Positions 38,425 through 49,390 of a stretch of 64,000 nt of DNA are shown piece by piece. Each line of letters opens with the position of its first letter. Within the stretch, counting starts at the first letter, position 1. Under the pieces are notes generated by a model. The model searched no databases, was not told where the DNA came from, and was given only the letters and a program-made list of their open reading frames with translations. A program made the position numbers and the translations under genes. The stretch lies in assembly GCA_907165135.1 (NCBI GenBank), contig OU015566.1:7936001-8000000 (forward strand), given 5' to 3'. The DNA comes from Oikopleura dioica. Lineage: Eukaryota > Animalia > Chordata.

Positions 38425-40137
38425 TCAAGATATCGAGGTAAGAAATTGTGGGATCAGCGAACTGCGTACAATAAAGCAGGACGATTTTCTGCCAACCATG
38501 GCTTCAAAAGTGCTCACACTTGTCGCTCTATCTGTCGGCTCAATCCTGGCGGTGAAAGCCGAACTTGACGCATAATTAACCGTTGACATCAGTTTATTCG
38601 ACGATTTACTGAAAATTTTAAGCCCGTCGGCATCAGGCAGACATTTCACGTCCTTATGGTCGAAAATTATATCTCTTCCTAGCACCATGGGAATCTCGTT
38701 TTCAATGATAAGGATTTTGACGTGCGAGAACCAGTGGCCACCAATTTCGAGATGAGAGTTGAGGAGGCCAACCAGCCGTCCGGCTCCGATTCCAGCGACT
38801 TTGCCATCGTATGGCTCTATAATATTAACTAGCTGCGGTGGAACATCCCGTTTTGATATCATTGTTATTGAGCTGCCAGTGTCCACGAGCGCATTGAAAG
38901 AGAAGGCTTTACCGGCCGGCGCGCTTATTTTTAAATTTACACGGGGTTGAATTGCCCCGGTGTATGCTTGATTTGTGTTTTCGTTGGTGATAACTGGGTC
39001 TGACGCGTAGCACGTGGCATCAGCCCTTATCAAAAAATCCGTTGGTCGGTTTGAGATGAACATTGTCTCCTTACTCGCCTCGTCCACGGAAATCTCCTTG
39101 TCGGTTTCATCCGACTGGTGCTCGTCCTCTTCGTTAGTTACTTGTTTCTTGAAGCCGCGCTTTTTATTCAAGCGGTTTCCACTTGAATTAGCTGAGCCTC
39201 CGCCCGAGCTACCATACTTCTTGTTGTCCGCGTTGAATGCGCTTTTTCGGTCATTTTTCTGGCCGTCGTTTTGGTTCTTTTTTTGATACCGGCCACCTCT
39301 CATACTTCGCCCGTAATAAGTTGAGATTTCACCTCCACCTCTCTGGCTCTGGTAGTACTCGGCTTGTTCTGCGAGGTTCCCGGTATTAGATATCTTCTTC
39401 CATACTGGGGCCATCGAATTGTATAAATCATTGTGATGTACCTGTATGATAGTTGCCATGATCGACGCTCCAAGGTGGTCCATTAGGCGGTCCACTGTTA
39501 GCGGCTCGACAATCTCGATCCCGATAGCAGGCTCGTTTCCAGCTTCCTGCTTCAATGCCTGTTTCTTAAGGCTTTTTTCGATTGTCGCCTTCGCCGCTTC
39601 AAGATTGAGGTTTATCTGCGTCGCAAGCTTCTTGAAACCTTTACGTTTGTCGTAAGGCGTATTGAGTGCCCTCTGTAGACTTTGTATCGCCGTGATTCCA
39701 TCACTGAAATTCGCGAATATTTCCTTCTTGAGCTCTTCCCAAGACTTGTGACCGTTTCCCATTCGATGAGTTACATGTACGGAGCATCGCGATTTGACGT
39801 CGACGATGAATTCTCTTTCGAGTTTCATGTTGGGTTTCACGCTCAAGTCGAATACCTTCTGGCAGCGCGCGATAAATGTATTAGTGCTCTCAAAGGAGCC
39901 ACCTTCAAAAATAGGGACGTCGCCCAGCTGCGTCCTGATAGAGCTTAAATCGCTCTGGTCCTTCCTGGAGAAGTCTCCGCCGTCGAGGTCTTTTGCCGAA
40001 GCAATTAGCTTTCCTCGCAGCGATTTGATTTTCTTTTCGATGTCGTCTTTTTTCGTTGCATCAGACTTCACTTCCTCGCAATCGAGAAGTTTTTCGTAGA
40101 TTTCTATCTCTTTGGCGAGTTCTTGAGCTCTTTCCAT
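38425..40137 (-). CDS. gag: Retrotransposon Gag plus aspartic protease ORF (570 aa)
   Basis: Uninterrupted ORF with a Gag-like helical N-terminus, an RGG/basic tract and the protease motif ALVDTGSSITMI...ILIIENEIPMVLGRD. No RT, RNase H or integrase. Confidence 0.85.
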   Translation of the reverse strand: MERAQELAKEIEIYEKLLDCEEVKSDATKKDDIEKKIKSLRGKLIASAKDLDGGDFSRKDQSDLSSIRTQLGDVPIFEGGSFESTNTFIARCQKVFDLSVKPNMKLEREFIVDVKSRCSVHVTHRMGNGHKSWEELKKEIFANFSDGITAIQSLQRALNTPYDKRKGFKKLATQINLNLEAAKATIEKSLKKQALKQEAGNEPAIGIEIVEPLTVDRLMDHLGASIMATIIQVHHNDLYNSMAPVWKKISNTGNLAEQAEYYQSQRGGGEISTYYGRSMRGGRYQKKNQNDGQKNDRKSAFNADNKKYGSSGGGSANSSGNRLNKKRGFKKQVTNEEDEHQSDETDKEISVDEASKETMFISNRPTDFLIRADATCYASDPVITNENTNQAYTGAIQPRVNLKISAPAGKAFSFNALVDTGSSITMISKRDVPPQLVNIIEPYDGKVAGIGAGRLVGLLNSHLEIGGHWFSHVKILIIENEIPMVLGRDIIFDHKDVKCLPDADGLKIFSKSSNKLMSTVNYASSSAFTARIEPTDRATSVSTFEAMVGRKSSCFIVRSSLIPQFLTSIS

Positions 40138-40560
40138 GACAGCGGTGCGAAACAGGAATTGATTTTAGTCCTTGCAATGACAACGGATTCTCGTACCTTT
40201 TCTTTGCACCCTTTAATAATTTCTCTGAAAGGGTGACCCTCGCGGGATTTTTTTACGTGGTTTTCAGGATGACGAATCTCTCGGTCAATCGGATCAACGA
40301 CGTGGATTCGTATTGGAAACGAACTGGTACCAATTTGTGGGATCAGCGAACTGCGTACAATAAATAACACTAGTTACTTTAAGCTGGGACTTTATTGTTA
40401 AGTCGGTAAGTTGAGAATGCCGGCTCTCTTACTCGAGGAGCTGACGTTTAGCGGCAGGTGTGAGAGAAGAAAGATAGATTTCCAAATATGGAAATGGTAA
40501 AGGCATGGAAGTTACATGATAAAGTGGTGATCGAATAAGTACAGTCTGTCGAGTCCCACA
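38447..40560 (-). mobile_element. Internally deleted Ty3/gypsy-type (Tor-like) LTR retrotransposon: 5' LTR, PBS, gag-protease, 29-bp 3' LTR stub
   Basis: 225-bp LTR 40336-40560 with TGTGGGA...TCCCACA termini. The terminal 29 bp are repeated at 38447-38475. 4-bp TSD AAAT at 38443-38446 and 40561-40564, confirmed against the empty intron of A1. PBS-like TGGTACCAG 3 nt inside the LTR. Confidence 0.9.
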
Positions 40561-42952
40561 AAATGATCATTTTTCTTTTTCACTCGAATAACAAAAAACT
40601 TCAGGGATTGGAGAACGAGGCTGAAATCTCGGAAATCAAGGAAGAGTTCGAATCTACTGTTGGAAGATCTTTTGACAAGGCAGGCAACCCTATTCGAGGA
40701 GCATTGAATGAAGCAGTTGGTGTCTTAAAAATCTATTCGGCTAGAAATGAATGTTCCTGTTATTTGAGTTCGAATAAAAATTAATAGAAAACAAATCGTC
40801 TAAAGCGCCCATTTTTTATTCAACACTGCTCAGAATACATGCAATAACAAATTTCCAATAAGACAATTTATAAAATTATTGTTGAACAGAAATCTGCGGT
40901 AACTTCATAAAGAACTGGAATCCAATTTTTGACATAATTGGCATAGCTTCCTATCACTTCTACACTAAGTAGCCGATCCCCTTCGAAATCGAGTCGTTCA
41001 ATTTCGTTTGGACTATTTTCTCCTGAGACGATAAAAATTGAGTTTTTAATCATTATTGCCGATCCATCCGAGTCAGGCTTAATCAAAAGAATGTTTTCAC
41101 AAATTGTTTCATATGTACCTTATTAAGATTGCCGATTTTTTTCCAAACATTGTCAGCTAGAAGCCAAATCATTGAGTAAAAAGGATCCCGGTCATGGCGG
41201 CTCAACCCTCCAGCCAGAATTAGATTGCCGCTTGGAAGGCCCATCAAAACGGGATAAGCTATTTGACTTAAAAGTTTTGATAACTAAATGATGGTAAATT
41301 GAAATACTTGAACGGAAAATTTGCTAAATTAGACCAGCCATATAAATGGAGAGTCTCCACTTTATTCAGTCCGTCTCCGTCGGAACTTCCAACAGTTGTT
41401 GGATTACCCCTGTAGAAAGCGAGTTTACCACCAGTATGAGAAAAGTTCGATTTATAAGTTGATGTTGAAGTTGAAGTTGTCGTATTAAAAACTTCACATT
41501 TTACGTGCGGAAAGGCGCCGTCAAAGCATATCAACGCACTCTCGCCAGCATCAACTGTGAGCGCAGCAGACATAAACGAAAAGTGGTGGATCAAGCGTGT
41601 CGATAAATATTTCCATTCGCAGCCAACCAATTTGGATATCTTGATTCAGTTATTTTAAGGATTGCTCATTTTCTTACTTTATATCCATCTATTTCTCCGC
41701 CAAAAGTATAAAGCTCATTTTGTAAAAGAGCATGAGGGGCGAAGGATACAAAGTTGTCTCTCGGTGCATGGATTCTTGAAGCTGTTTTTGCCGACCCATC
41801 TATAGTAATCGTAAATGCCTCCTTCAAGTTTCTTCCCATAACCAGTATTGCCGTCTTTTTATTTTGACTCATAAGCTGCCCTATGTGCTGACCATAAGTG
41901 CCATAATGAGAAGTATAATGAAAAGAGCTCACTATCGTGCGGTCGTCAAATTTAAAGATACGGACTTTTCTGTTTTTGACAGCTTCTAGGCCGGTAAGCT
42001 TGATAACTGAGTTAATCGTATGTTGTGTTCCGGAATACTTTGATCAGTTTTTGGCAAAAGATGACTTTATTAAAATTTGAGTGCCTAAACCAATTTATAA
42101 CTTTTCCTCAATAATTTCAAGGGATGAGTCAGACGAACGAAAGTGAAACAACAAATTTCTTAAACTCTCAGCATGTGACTTCAAAAAAATATGATCAAAA
42201 TAATCAGAATCCATCCATAACGATCCATTAAGATTAATTCCAAAGCAGAAGAGGTCTTTCCCATCAACAAATTTAGCTGTAAGAAACTCAATTTCTTTGA
42301 ATGAACTGGTATGAATATCTTTGAGAAATTTCATCTCGAATTGAAAACTGTCAGTTCCATTCAATTTCAACTCGACAGTCGAAATATGTCTCAATTCTTC
42401 TAACTTGAAAAAAAACAGAATCAGGAATGATCGCTTTGTAGTTAAAGTAAGTGCCCGTCCGAGGAAAAGGCTGCTGGGAAACAGCATTCTTCACAAAAGC
42501 AGGAAAGACGTCGTCATGAAAGGCAAAAAATGGATTGCTCGTCACGTGCATTTTCATCATCGATCTTTGTTGGACAAATTCAAGCTCGATTTGTGCTGTC
42601 AGAGGGTTTCATGGAACCTGTTTTTAAGTCCATTATATTTTCAACCCTCTCCAAAATTGAATTTGATTTCAAAAGTTATGTCAAAAACAGTATTTTGAAC
42701 AAAGACTCTCTCGTTATTAATGATTCCTTGCCCAAAATACTCGCATTCGTCATTGTTAATTCCTTTTTGATCTGTATAGTTGGGATCATCTTGAGAAAAC
42801 AAAGTTGAAAAGCAATAAGATTGTTCAACATCTGTTATATGCTCATATGTTATCAGAGAGCCAATCCACTCACGTCCTATTGTCAAGAATTTTCCTTCTG
42901 CCTCCAAGAGCACAGAATAAAGTGTGTTTGACAAATTTATACTTCTTGTCCC

Positions 42953-43252
42953 CGGGGTCAGAAAAATTGTGGAAATGGTGGTTGGGAATGTATTGATTGG
43001 TTGGTAAATAACCTCGGTTGGTCGGTAGCCAAAACGCTTCCCCTAAAAAGTACAGCGCCACCATTGAAAATAGAATCCGCATGGGATTATTTCTATCGAT
43101 ATAATATGGACCATATTATATGGTTCATATTGGATCCTTGACTACACGGACATCAGGTAGTCACTACATGGTAGTCACTGCCCCCTACCATCATCATTGA
43201 TGATTCATCAAAACACTCAATCAACCAGCTTTTGGTGGATTGCCGACCCCAG
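42953..43252. mobile_element. 300-bp TIR element at the same exon position as 35741-35871 (longer version)
   Basis: Ends CGGGGTCAGAAAAA...TTGCCGACCCCAG. TSD CTTGTCCC 42945-42952 / CTTGTCAC 43253-43260. The left interior is homologous to the B1 element. Confidence 0.8.
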
Positions 43253-43440
43253 CTTGTCACTACAATTAAAAGGAGCCGTTCGGAATCGATCTTTTTTGGT
43301 TGAAAAGATTGCTTACAAATTTTGTTATACAAAAGGAAAATAACATACCCCACCCCCAAGTTTTCGCGCATTCCTCGGTACATTTTCCGTAATTTACTGT
43401 TCCTCGTTTGTTCAAAACCCCCCAAATTTACGCGGCTTAA

Positions 43441-44194
43441 GGATATAGCCGTTCTCAAGGCACTTTCGTAGCGCCAAAAGGGGACGATAAAATTTTTTCA
43501 TTTCAAAAAGAACCCTACCTAAAATTGCCTAAGAAACCCGATTCTAGTGTTATTTTTAATTTTTTAATGGAAAATTTTTCTTTAGAGCAATTTTAAATCT
43601 TACGATCACTTTTTCTCGAGAATTTTCCATTAAATCGGTCGAGTTTTTTTGATAAATTAAAAATTTGGACCTTTCTCTACATTCCTAGGGTCTTAAGTTT
43701 TAGTAGATTCCAAATATTTATGATTCTAGAGCCATTTTTATGAGGCTTACTTGAGTAAGCCGAAGCGTCAGACAGCGCTCTGGTTTGCTGCGCTGAGCGC
43801 CCTCCTCCATCGCGCGGTGAGGCGCGCATGTGAAAGAGCGCGCTAATTGGTCGAGCGCCCTGAACGCAGCATTTAGGAAAAAGAAAAGCAAAAAAGAAGA
43901 AGACGCTAGAATCAAAATTTAATCGGGATTTGAAATTTTGAGGCCCTAGGAAGATAGATTAGCAGTTATTTATAATAAAACACGGTTTAGTTTTAGCGAT
44001 TTAATTGAAAAATTTCGAGAAAAAGTGATCGTAAGATTTCAAATCGCTCCAGAGAGAAATTTTATTTGAAAAAAATTTTAAAAAACATCAGAATCGAATT
44101 CTAGACATAATTTTAGGTAGGAACTGTCTTGAAATGAAAAACTTTTATCGTCCCATTTCGGCGCTACGAAAGTGCCTTGAGAACGGCTATATCC
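43441..44194. mobile_element. TTAA-flanked foldback element with GG...CC ends (Kolobok-like, non-autonomous)
   Basis: TTAA|GGATATAGCCGTTCTCAAGGCACTTTCGTAGCGCC...reverse complement|TTAA. Diverging inverted arms extend about 300 bp. A TTAA TSD with RR..YY termini is the Kolobok signature. Confidence 0.8.
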
Positions 44195-44198
44195 TTAA

Positions 44199-44633
44199 CT
44201 TCTCAATACACGGGCGCGCGACTAAGCGCTCAAAACACGGGGTCCAATTATTGGACCACAATGCATTATCCAGCCCCGCGCGGCGCGCCAAATTCAGAGT
44301 GTGAAAAACAGCGCTCAGGACTTTTGGCTCTAATTGACGTTTCCGTCGGGTAAAAAAGCTCGTAAATGTATTGCTAGAAAGCTTGAACCCTCTTCTATAA
44401 AAATAAACAATTGTAAATCGAAAAATCCGTTCCGATTTTTCACCAGAGAGCGAAAGAGAAATCTGGCGCAAAACGCCACCACATTTGAGTTTTCATTCGA
44501 AACTTCACAGAGTGGTTCGTTTTTGTCCTGTCAGCTCACATTTCAAAATTCAGGTCAAACAGATAACTACAACGGGAATAACAGGGGGTCAAAGTCGCCG
44601 TGGTCCAATGATTGGACCACGTGCATTGAGAAG
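44199..44633. mobile_element. TTAA-flanked 435-bp MITE, copy 1 (piggyBac-like target)
   Basis: TIR CTTCTCAATACACG / CGTGCATTGAGAAG, with TTAA on both sides. Confidence 0.8.
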
Positions 44634-44637
44634 TTAA

Positions 44638-45072
44638 CTTCTCAATACACGGGCGCGCAACTAAGCGCTCAAAACACGGGGTCGGGTGAGGGGACCACAA
44701 TGCATTATTCACCCCCGCGCGGCGCGCAAAATTCGGAGTGTGATAAAGAGCGCTTAAGATTTTAAGCTCTAACTTTACTTTCCGGCAAGCAAATAATTAA
44801 CAAAATATATCGCTGGAAAGCTTGAACACTCACCTATCAAGATTAACAATTACTTTTGAAAAAAAATTTTTGGATTTTCAGCTGTAGAATAAAAGATAAA
44901 TGCGGTGCAAAACGCCACCACTTTTGAGAAAACATCCAAAATTTGACAAAGTGGTTCGTTTTAGTCATCTCAGCTCACATTACAAAAATCAAGTCGAATG
45001 GATTATCACAAGAGAAATTACGGCGGCTCAAAGTCACCGTGGTCGGTTGAACCGACCACGTGTATTGAGAAG
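44638..45072. mobile_element. TTAA-flanked 435-bp MITE, copy 2, head-to-tail with copy 1
   Basis: Same TIR and length. Shares the TTAA at 44634-44637 with copy 1. The interior is clearly diverged from copy 1. Confidence 0.8.
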
Positions 45073-46003
45073 TTAACTTTCCCGCGCGCCTCAAAATTTC
45101 TTCTCCTAACTTTTCTGCGTGCGCCCTAATTTACGCTCGCGGCGCTGATTGGCTTCGTCGGTTAACTTTCTGAGTGCGCAAAAGTCTTGTTTCGCTCGCT
45201 CCGGGCAAAGAAAGGATGATCTTTTATAAAAAGCCAGATTCCCTTATAGGGCAGCCCTATCTCATGTTATCTTTGATAAAATTATTGTTTATTGTTACAG
45301 TGAAGTTAATAAATATTTGATAGAACGTTATGCTAGTGCGACAGATGAAAACGACTTCTGTGGAGCAACATCCTGACCTCAATATTTTAAGTTACTCGAA
45401 TAGTACGATTTTTATGTGTCCAAGGCTTGGACTCCAAGCCACGAAAAATTTCCAATTCTAGCGCCTCAAGTACATGAAAAAGACTGAAATCCCTTGGTTT
45501 AATTTGGCGCTATAATTGCATAACGCGCCCATTAATAGAGACGCGCATTTCAGCGGGTCGCGAGTAAATTTGGGCGCAGGCGGAAAAGTTAGGAGAAGAA
45601 ATTTGGAAACGCGGGGAAACGCGAGGAAGCGTAAATTTCGGGGATTTTGGAAAAATTAGGAAACGTAAACTTGGGCGAAATACCACGAATTGCGCGGAAA
45701 TTTAGGGGGGGGTATGTTACATATTTTCAACCTTTTTCAAAGGAATAACGTCAACTTTGTCCAAATCCCTTAGTTCGACTGGAAAACGAATCTCGTTCTT
45801 TCTCCAACCTTTTTCAAGTTGTTCGTCTTTTCGAATTCTGTTCAAAATGCGAGTCGTCGACAATTTGATGAAGTGCTCCCCCATTCGAACACTCATTAGA
45901 TAAAATACTGACTTGAAGCTAACTGATGACACTTTCGCGTTGAAATGGTTGCTGGCGATGTAGCCCTGGGCTTCTTCGAACCTATTCAAATTGTAATCTG
46001 GAG

Positions 46004-47416
46004 CAGAGTTCGAAATTCCCGCGAACTTTTGCGGGCAGTGTTTGAAAACCCGCCACATTTTTCGCGGGCGCGGGCGGGCGCGGGGGCCGATTTCCAAATT
46101 TTGAGCGGGCGCGGGCGGGTGCGGGGGCCGAATCAACAATTTTGCGCGGGTGCGGGCGGGCGTGGGGGCCGATTCAAAAATTTCATGCGGGTGCGGGCGG
46201 GCGCGGGCGGGGGCCCCGCCAATAATCGCGCCCGCGGGCGCCCAGGGGCCGGGAGCGCCCGTTACCCTCGCGCCCACAGGCCCCGCGGGTTCAAGGTAAA
46301 ATCAGCAAATTGAAAAAGTATAATTTTCAAAAACCATAAAAAAGCCGAAAAAAGGATAACTTAAATTTTTAAAACAATTGGTGAGGGTGGGGTTGGGGAC
46401 AAAGCTGAGATTGATCAACTCAGAGTTCCAAGCCTTTGTCAAGCCCCTTAAATTCAAAAATCAAGGAACAGGGCTGAGACGGTAGCGCGGGAGAGGGCGG
46501 CGCGGGAACAAGGCCTGAAATTTGCGCAGGAGCGGGGGGCGCAGGAAGGATTTCCCCTCCCTTTTGCTCCCGCGGGAGCCCACGGGAAAGAAAAGTCAAC
46601 GTGAGGGCTGGTTTAAAAAGGTCTTCACTAAGGAAGAAGCCTGAGTCAGGCCCCTTAGATAATTCGACAATTGAGAAATAAAATTGAAACAAATAAATAA
46701 AAACCATCACAAAGCTAAGAACATGAACAGGGTGGCGGGCGCCCAGGTTCACAATCGGTTGGTTCACAATTTTGTGAACCCGGTTCACAATTTTGTGAAC
46801 CTGGTTCACAATTTCGGTCAAAAAGTGACTCAAATCGACTGAAGGCGCGGTTGTAGAGAAAGTTTATAACGTCTAAAATGAGTTTCTCTATAAAATCAGG
46901 CGCGGAGCGCATAAAGTTCCCTGATTTCATCCTTTTAAAAATTTTGTGAACCGGGTTCACACAGATTGTGAACCGGGTTCACAAAATTGTGAACCGGGTT
47001 CACAATTGTGAACCTGGGCGCCCTACACCCCATGAACAATATAAACTTTCACATTGAATGGTGGTGGGTGGGGTTGGGGACGAAACTGAGATTGATCAAC
47101 TCAGACTTCCCCGGCCTTTGTCAAGCCCCTTAAATTAAAAAACCAAGGAACGGGGCTGAGACGGCCCGAAGCTTAAATTTAAAAAGCTTCTTTCCCGCTG
47201 CTCCCGCAGCCCCGCGGGAGCATTTTTGAGTTTTCGCGGCGTGGGGAGGGGCGGGAAGAAGGCATGAAAATCTACGGCGGGAGCGGGGGAGGGGGAAAGA
47301 TCACGAGAAAATCTCGAGGGAGCGGTCGGGAGCCTCCCCCTGGGGGAAAAATATCCAAATATCTTGGGGGAGCGGGGGCTCGCGGGAGCTTGCGGCGCGG
47401 GAAATTTCGAACTCTG
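46004..47416. mobile_element. Non-autonomous hAT-like element inserted in a coding exon of B2
   Basis: TIR CAGAGTTCGAAATT(T)CCCGCG. Perfect 8-bp TSD ATCTGGAG at 45996-46003 and 47417-47424. GC-rich subterminal GCGGG repeats. Internal ~105-bp direct repeat at ~46380 and ~47060. Confidence 0.88.
46730..47030. mobile_element. 301-bp MITE nested in the hAT-like element
   Basis: TIR GGGTG(GC/TA)GGGCGCCCAGGTTCACAAT. 8-bp TSD CATGAACA at 46722-46729 and 47031-47038. Arrays of GGTTCACAA/TTGTGAACC. Confidence 0.85.
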
Positions 47417-49099
47417 ATCTGGAGCGTAGTAAAAGCATTTATCTTCTCTGCCAGTAGGACGGCTTGAAACGGTCATTTTTTTTTTATTTTTCAAAGTTAT
47501 TTTTATATTTTTGACCTTTTTCAGACGACAACAACTGGAAACACCTTTGCACTTTCATCTTCTCCACGAACAATAATTTGGTGAGTTCCGATCGTAGATC
47601 CAAAGTGGAAAACGAAGAAACCGCTTCAAGTTAAGTAAATGAAGAAAAATAAAAAAAAACTACGCACATTCTTTTGAGTCCGTTCGGGATGATAAACGGG
47701 GCAGTTCCACTCTCTGAGATTCTGAGCATGATTCCGAGAGCGTCGACCAAATAATGCTGGCCATTTAAAAAGGTTGCACCAATTGACTTTAATGTTTTCT
47801 CTGATTTGATGTTTTCCCTCATCGATAAAGCGGATTTTTGGTCAAGGATTCCTCTTTGCGTTCGGTAACTTATTTACTTGGGCAAAAATCAACCTCCCAA
47901 AAAGCTGCTAGAAGCTACAAACTTAGTAGTACAGAGGCTTTCATAGAAAACGTTCATAAGTAAATAAAGAATCAGAAACATCTGTGTGTTTGTTATTGCC
48001 AGAAAAATCGGAAAATAAAATCGAATACTTTTTGGTTTTGATATCGTCTCTATTCGGCAAACGTTTCTCTATAAGATCTTGATCTGATTTGATGATTAGC
48101 CTCAAAAGATTCTGATATCGATTGTCATTCAATGTAGTGGTCAGTTCGTTCGCTATCTGCTCTTCTGTTTTCTGTAGATTTTTTTCTGTAGAGTTTTTCT
48201 GTAGATCGAAAACGGGAATCATTCTCTGGCGCGATTCGAATTTCTCACACTCATAAAAAGGGCAGGGACAGCCATTTGAACAGTATTTCTGGAGAGGACA
48301 GACTTCTCCAGCGTCGTCTGAAGATCTTGACAGTTGGAAACACATCGATTCACAGGACGAGATAGGATTATTCCTTGTTGATTCCGAAACGAGCGAATTC
48401 GAACAAAGATGGCGGCAGATTTTTTGGTCGTAAAACTGTTTCTTCTGACAACGGAGTTGGTTAACTTCGTTTTCTTCTCCAGTGAAAATCAGGGGCTCTT
48501 TTTCTCTGGGCTCAATTCGAGTAACAGGTTCAGGAAGGATAAATTTTTGAGTTTGATAGCATTCCTTCATCAGATGCCCGCAGTAGTCCATTGTCGCTTC
48601 TTGAACGCATTTCTTGTAGTTTCGATGGCAAGTCGTAGTCAAAAAAGTTGTTCTGCCTCGTGATTTTTCCAAGGAATGAAAATTTGCTAGATATTAAAAA
48701 TTTTTATAAAAATATGAAAACTACCTATGAGCATCACAGTAATCCAGAAAATAGAGCCAAGCGTAAGATAACTGTAAAGCTGAGGATCTGTACCGTTTCC
48801 ATGCTTCGCCAAGCTCATCTTCGCGGTCACCTTTTTCTTCCATGTCTTTTTCTTCTTTGATTTTACCAAATCATATTCCTGGGTGCGAATGCTTCGAGTG
48901 GTCAAAACATAATCGGGCAACAAATATACTTTTCTTCTCTTTCGTCTCAGATAACCAATGCAGTCACAATCGAGGCACTTTTAAAATCAAGTTTTATTCA
49001 CTGTTCGATTATATCAAGGATTTAGATTAGATTACCCGTATTCTTTTTGAAAAATCAAATTTCTTTTCTTCTCATTTTTCTCGGCGAAAACCATTGCGA

Positions 49100-49390
49100 A
49101 TGATATCTTAGAGTGAAATAGTCACTTTGTTGGAGAGAGTACCGCTTTCGTTTTTCATGAGTAGTATTCTTTTTCTGACATTTCGACAGCTGAGTCGCCG
49201 TTTTCTTTCCTTCTTGAATGTCACGAACTTGAAAATATTCTATGTTGAGAACGAGGTAGTAGTTCCTGAAATCAAGGAAGATTCTGACTCCAGCTGAACG
49301 ACCTTAATACAAGGCTCTATCACTGATGGACTATCAGAAAGCAAAAGCGATGGTAATTTGTGCTTTTAGAAATGAATGTTTCCTCGTTGC
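49100..49390 (+). pseudogene. Internally deleted remnant of the small membrane-protein gene (duplicate at ~55590-55880)
   Basis: A2-like upstream sequence (...TTCTTGAATGTCAC) is joined directly to a degenerate last exon (GAGAACGAGG...GAAATCAAGGAAGA). The TM exons are missing. Confidence 0.6.

Larger units (their letters stand above)
38152..40784 (+). pseudogene. Small single-pass membrane protein, copy A2; intron interrupted by an LTR element and last exon frameshifted
   Basis: Exons homologous to A1 (CSSCCMFLWIVLMIMIGSLI|GHHFYR...DIE|GLENEAEISEIKEE). 2.1-kb insertion 9 nt into the last intron. The last 30 nt of the A1 CDS align to 29 nt here, so the frame runs on to 40784. May still be expressed. 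Confidence 0.6.
43343..45717. mobile_element. TA-flanked host element (TIR ACATACCCC) carrying three nested TTAA elements, in an intron of B2
   Basis: TA|ACATACCCC at 43341-43351 and GGGGTATGT|TA at 45709-45719. The corresponding intron is only about 60-80 nt in B1 and B3. Subterminal inverted blocks (AAATTTCTTCTCCTAACTTTT) at ~45095 and ~45585. Confidence 0.7.
40868..48818 (-). pseudogene. Large type II membrane Cys-rich/beta-propeller gene, copy B2, disrupted
   Basis: Exons are collinear with B1 and B3. A coding exon is split between YYAPD and YNLNRFEE by a 1413-bp insertion with an 8-bp TSD. The acceptor AG at the end of the TE-derived intron is also mutated. Confidence 0.8.

Noticed and set aside
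45290-45490. Peptide snippets EVNKYL and EKFPILA reminiscent of a hAT dimerisation domain
   Set aside because: Wrong spacing, interrupted by stops, and the host element has a TA rather than 8-bp TSD; probably chance.
45717-46313. ORF-track proteins rich in P/A/R/G (45717-46277, 45945-46313, and similar to 47494)
   Set aside because: Artefacts of GC-rich subterminal TE repeats fused to a real exon fragment.
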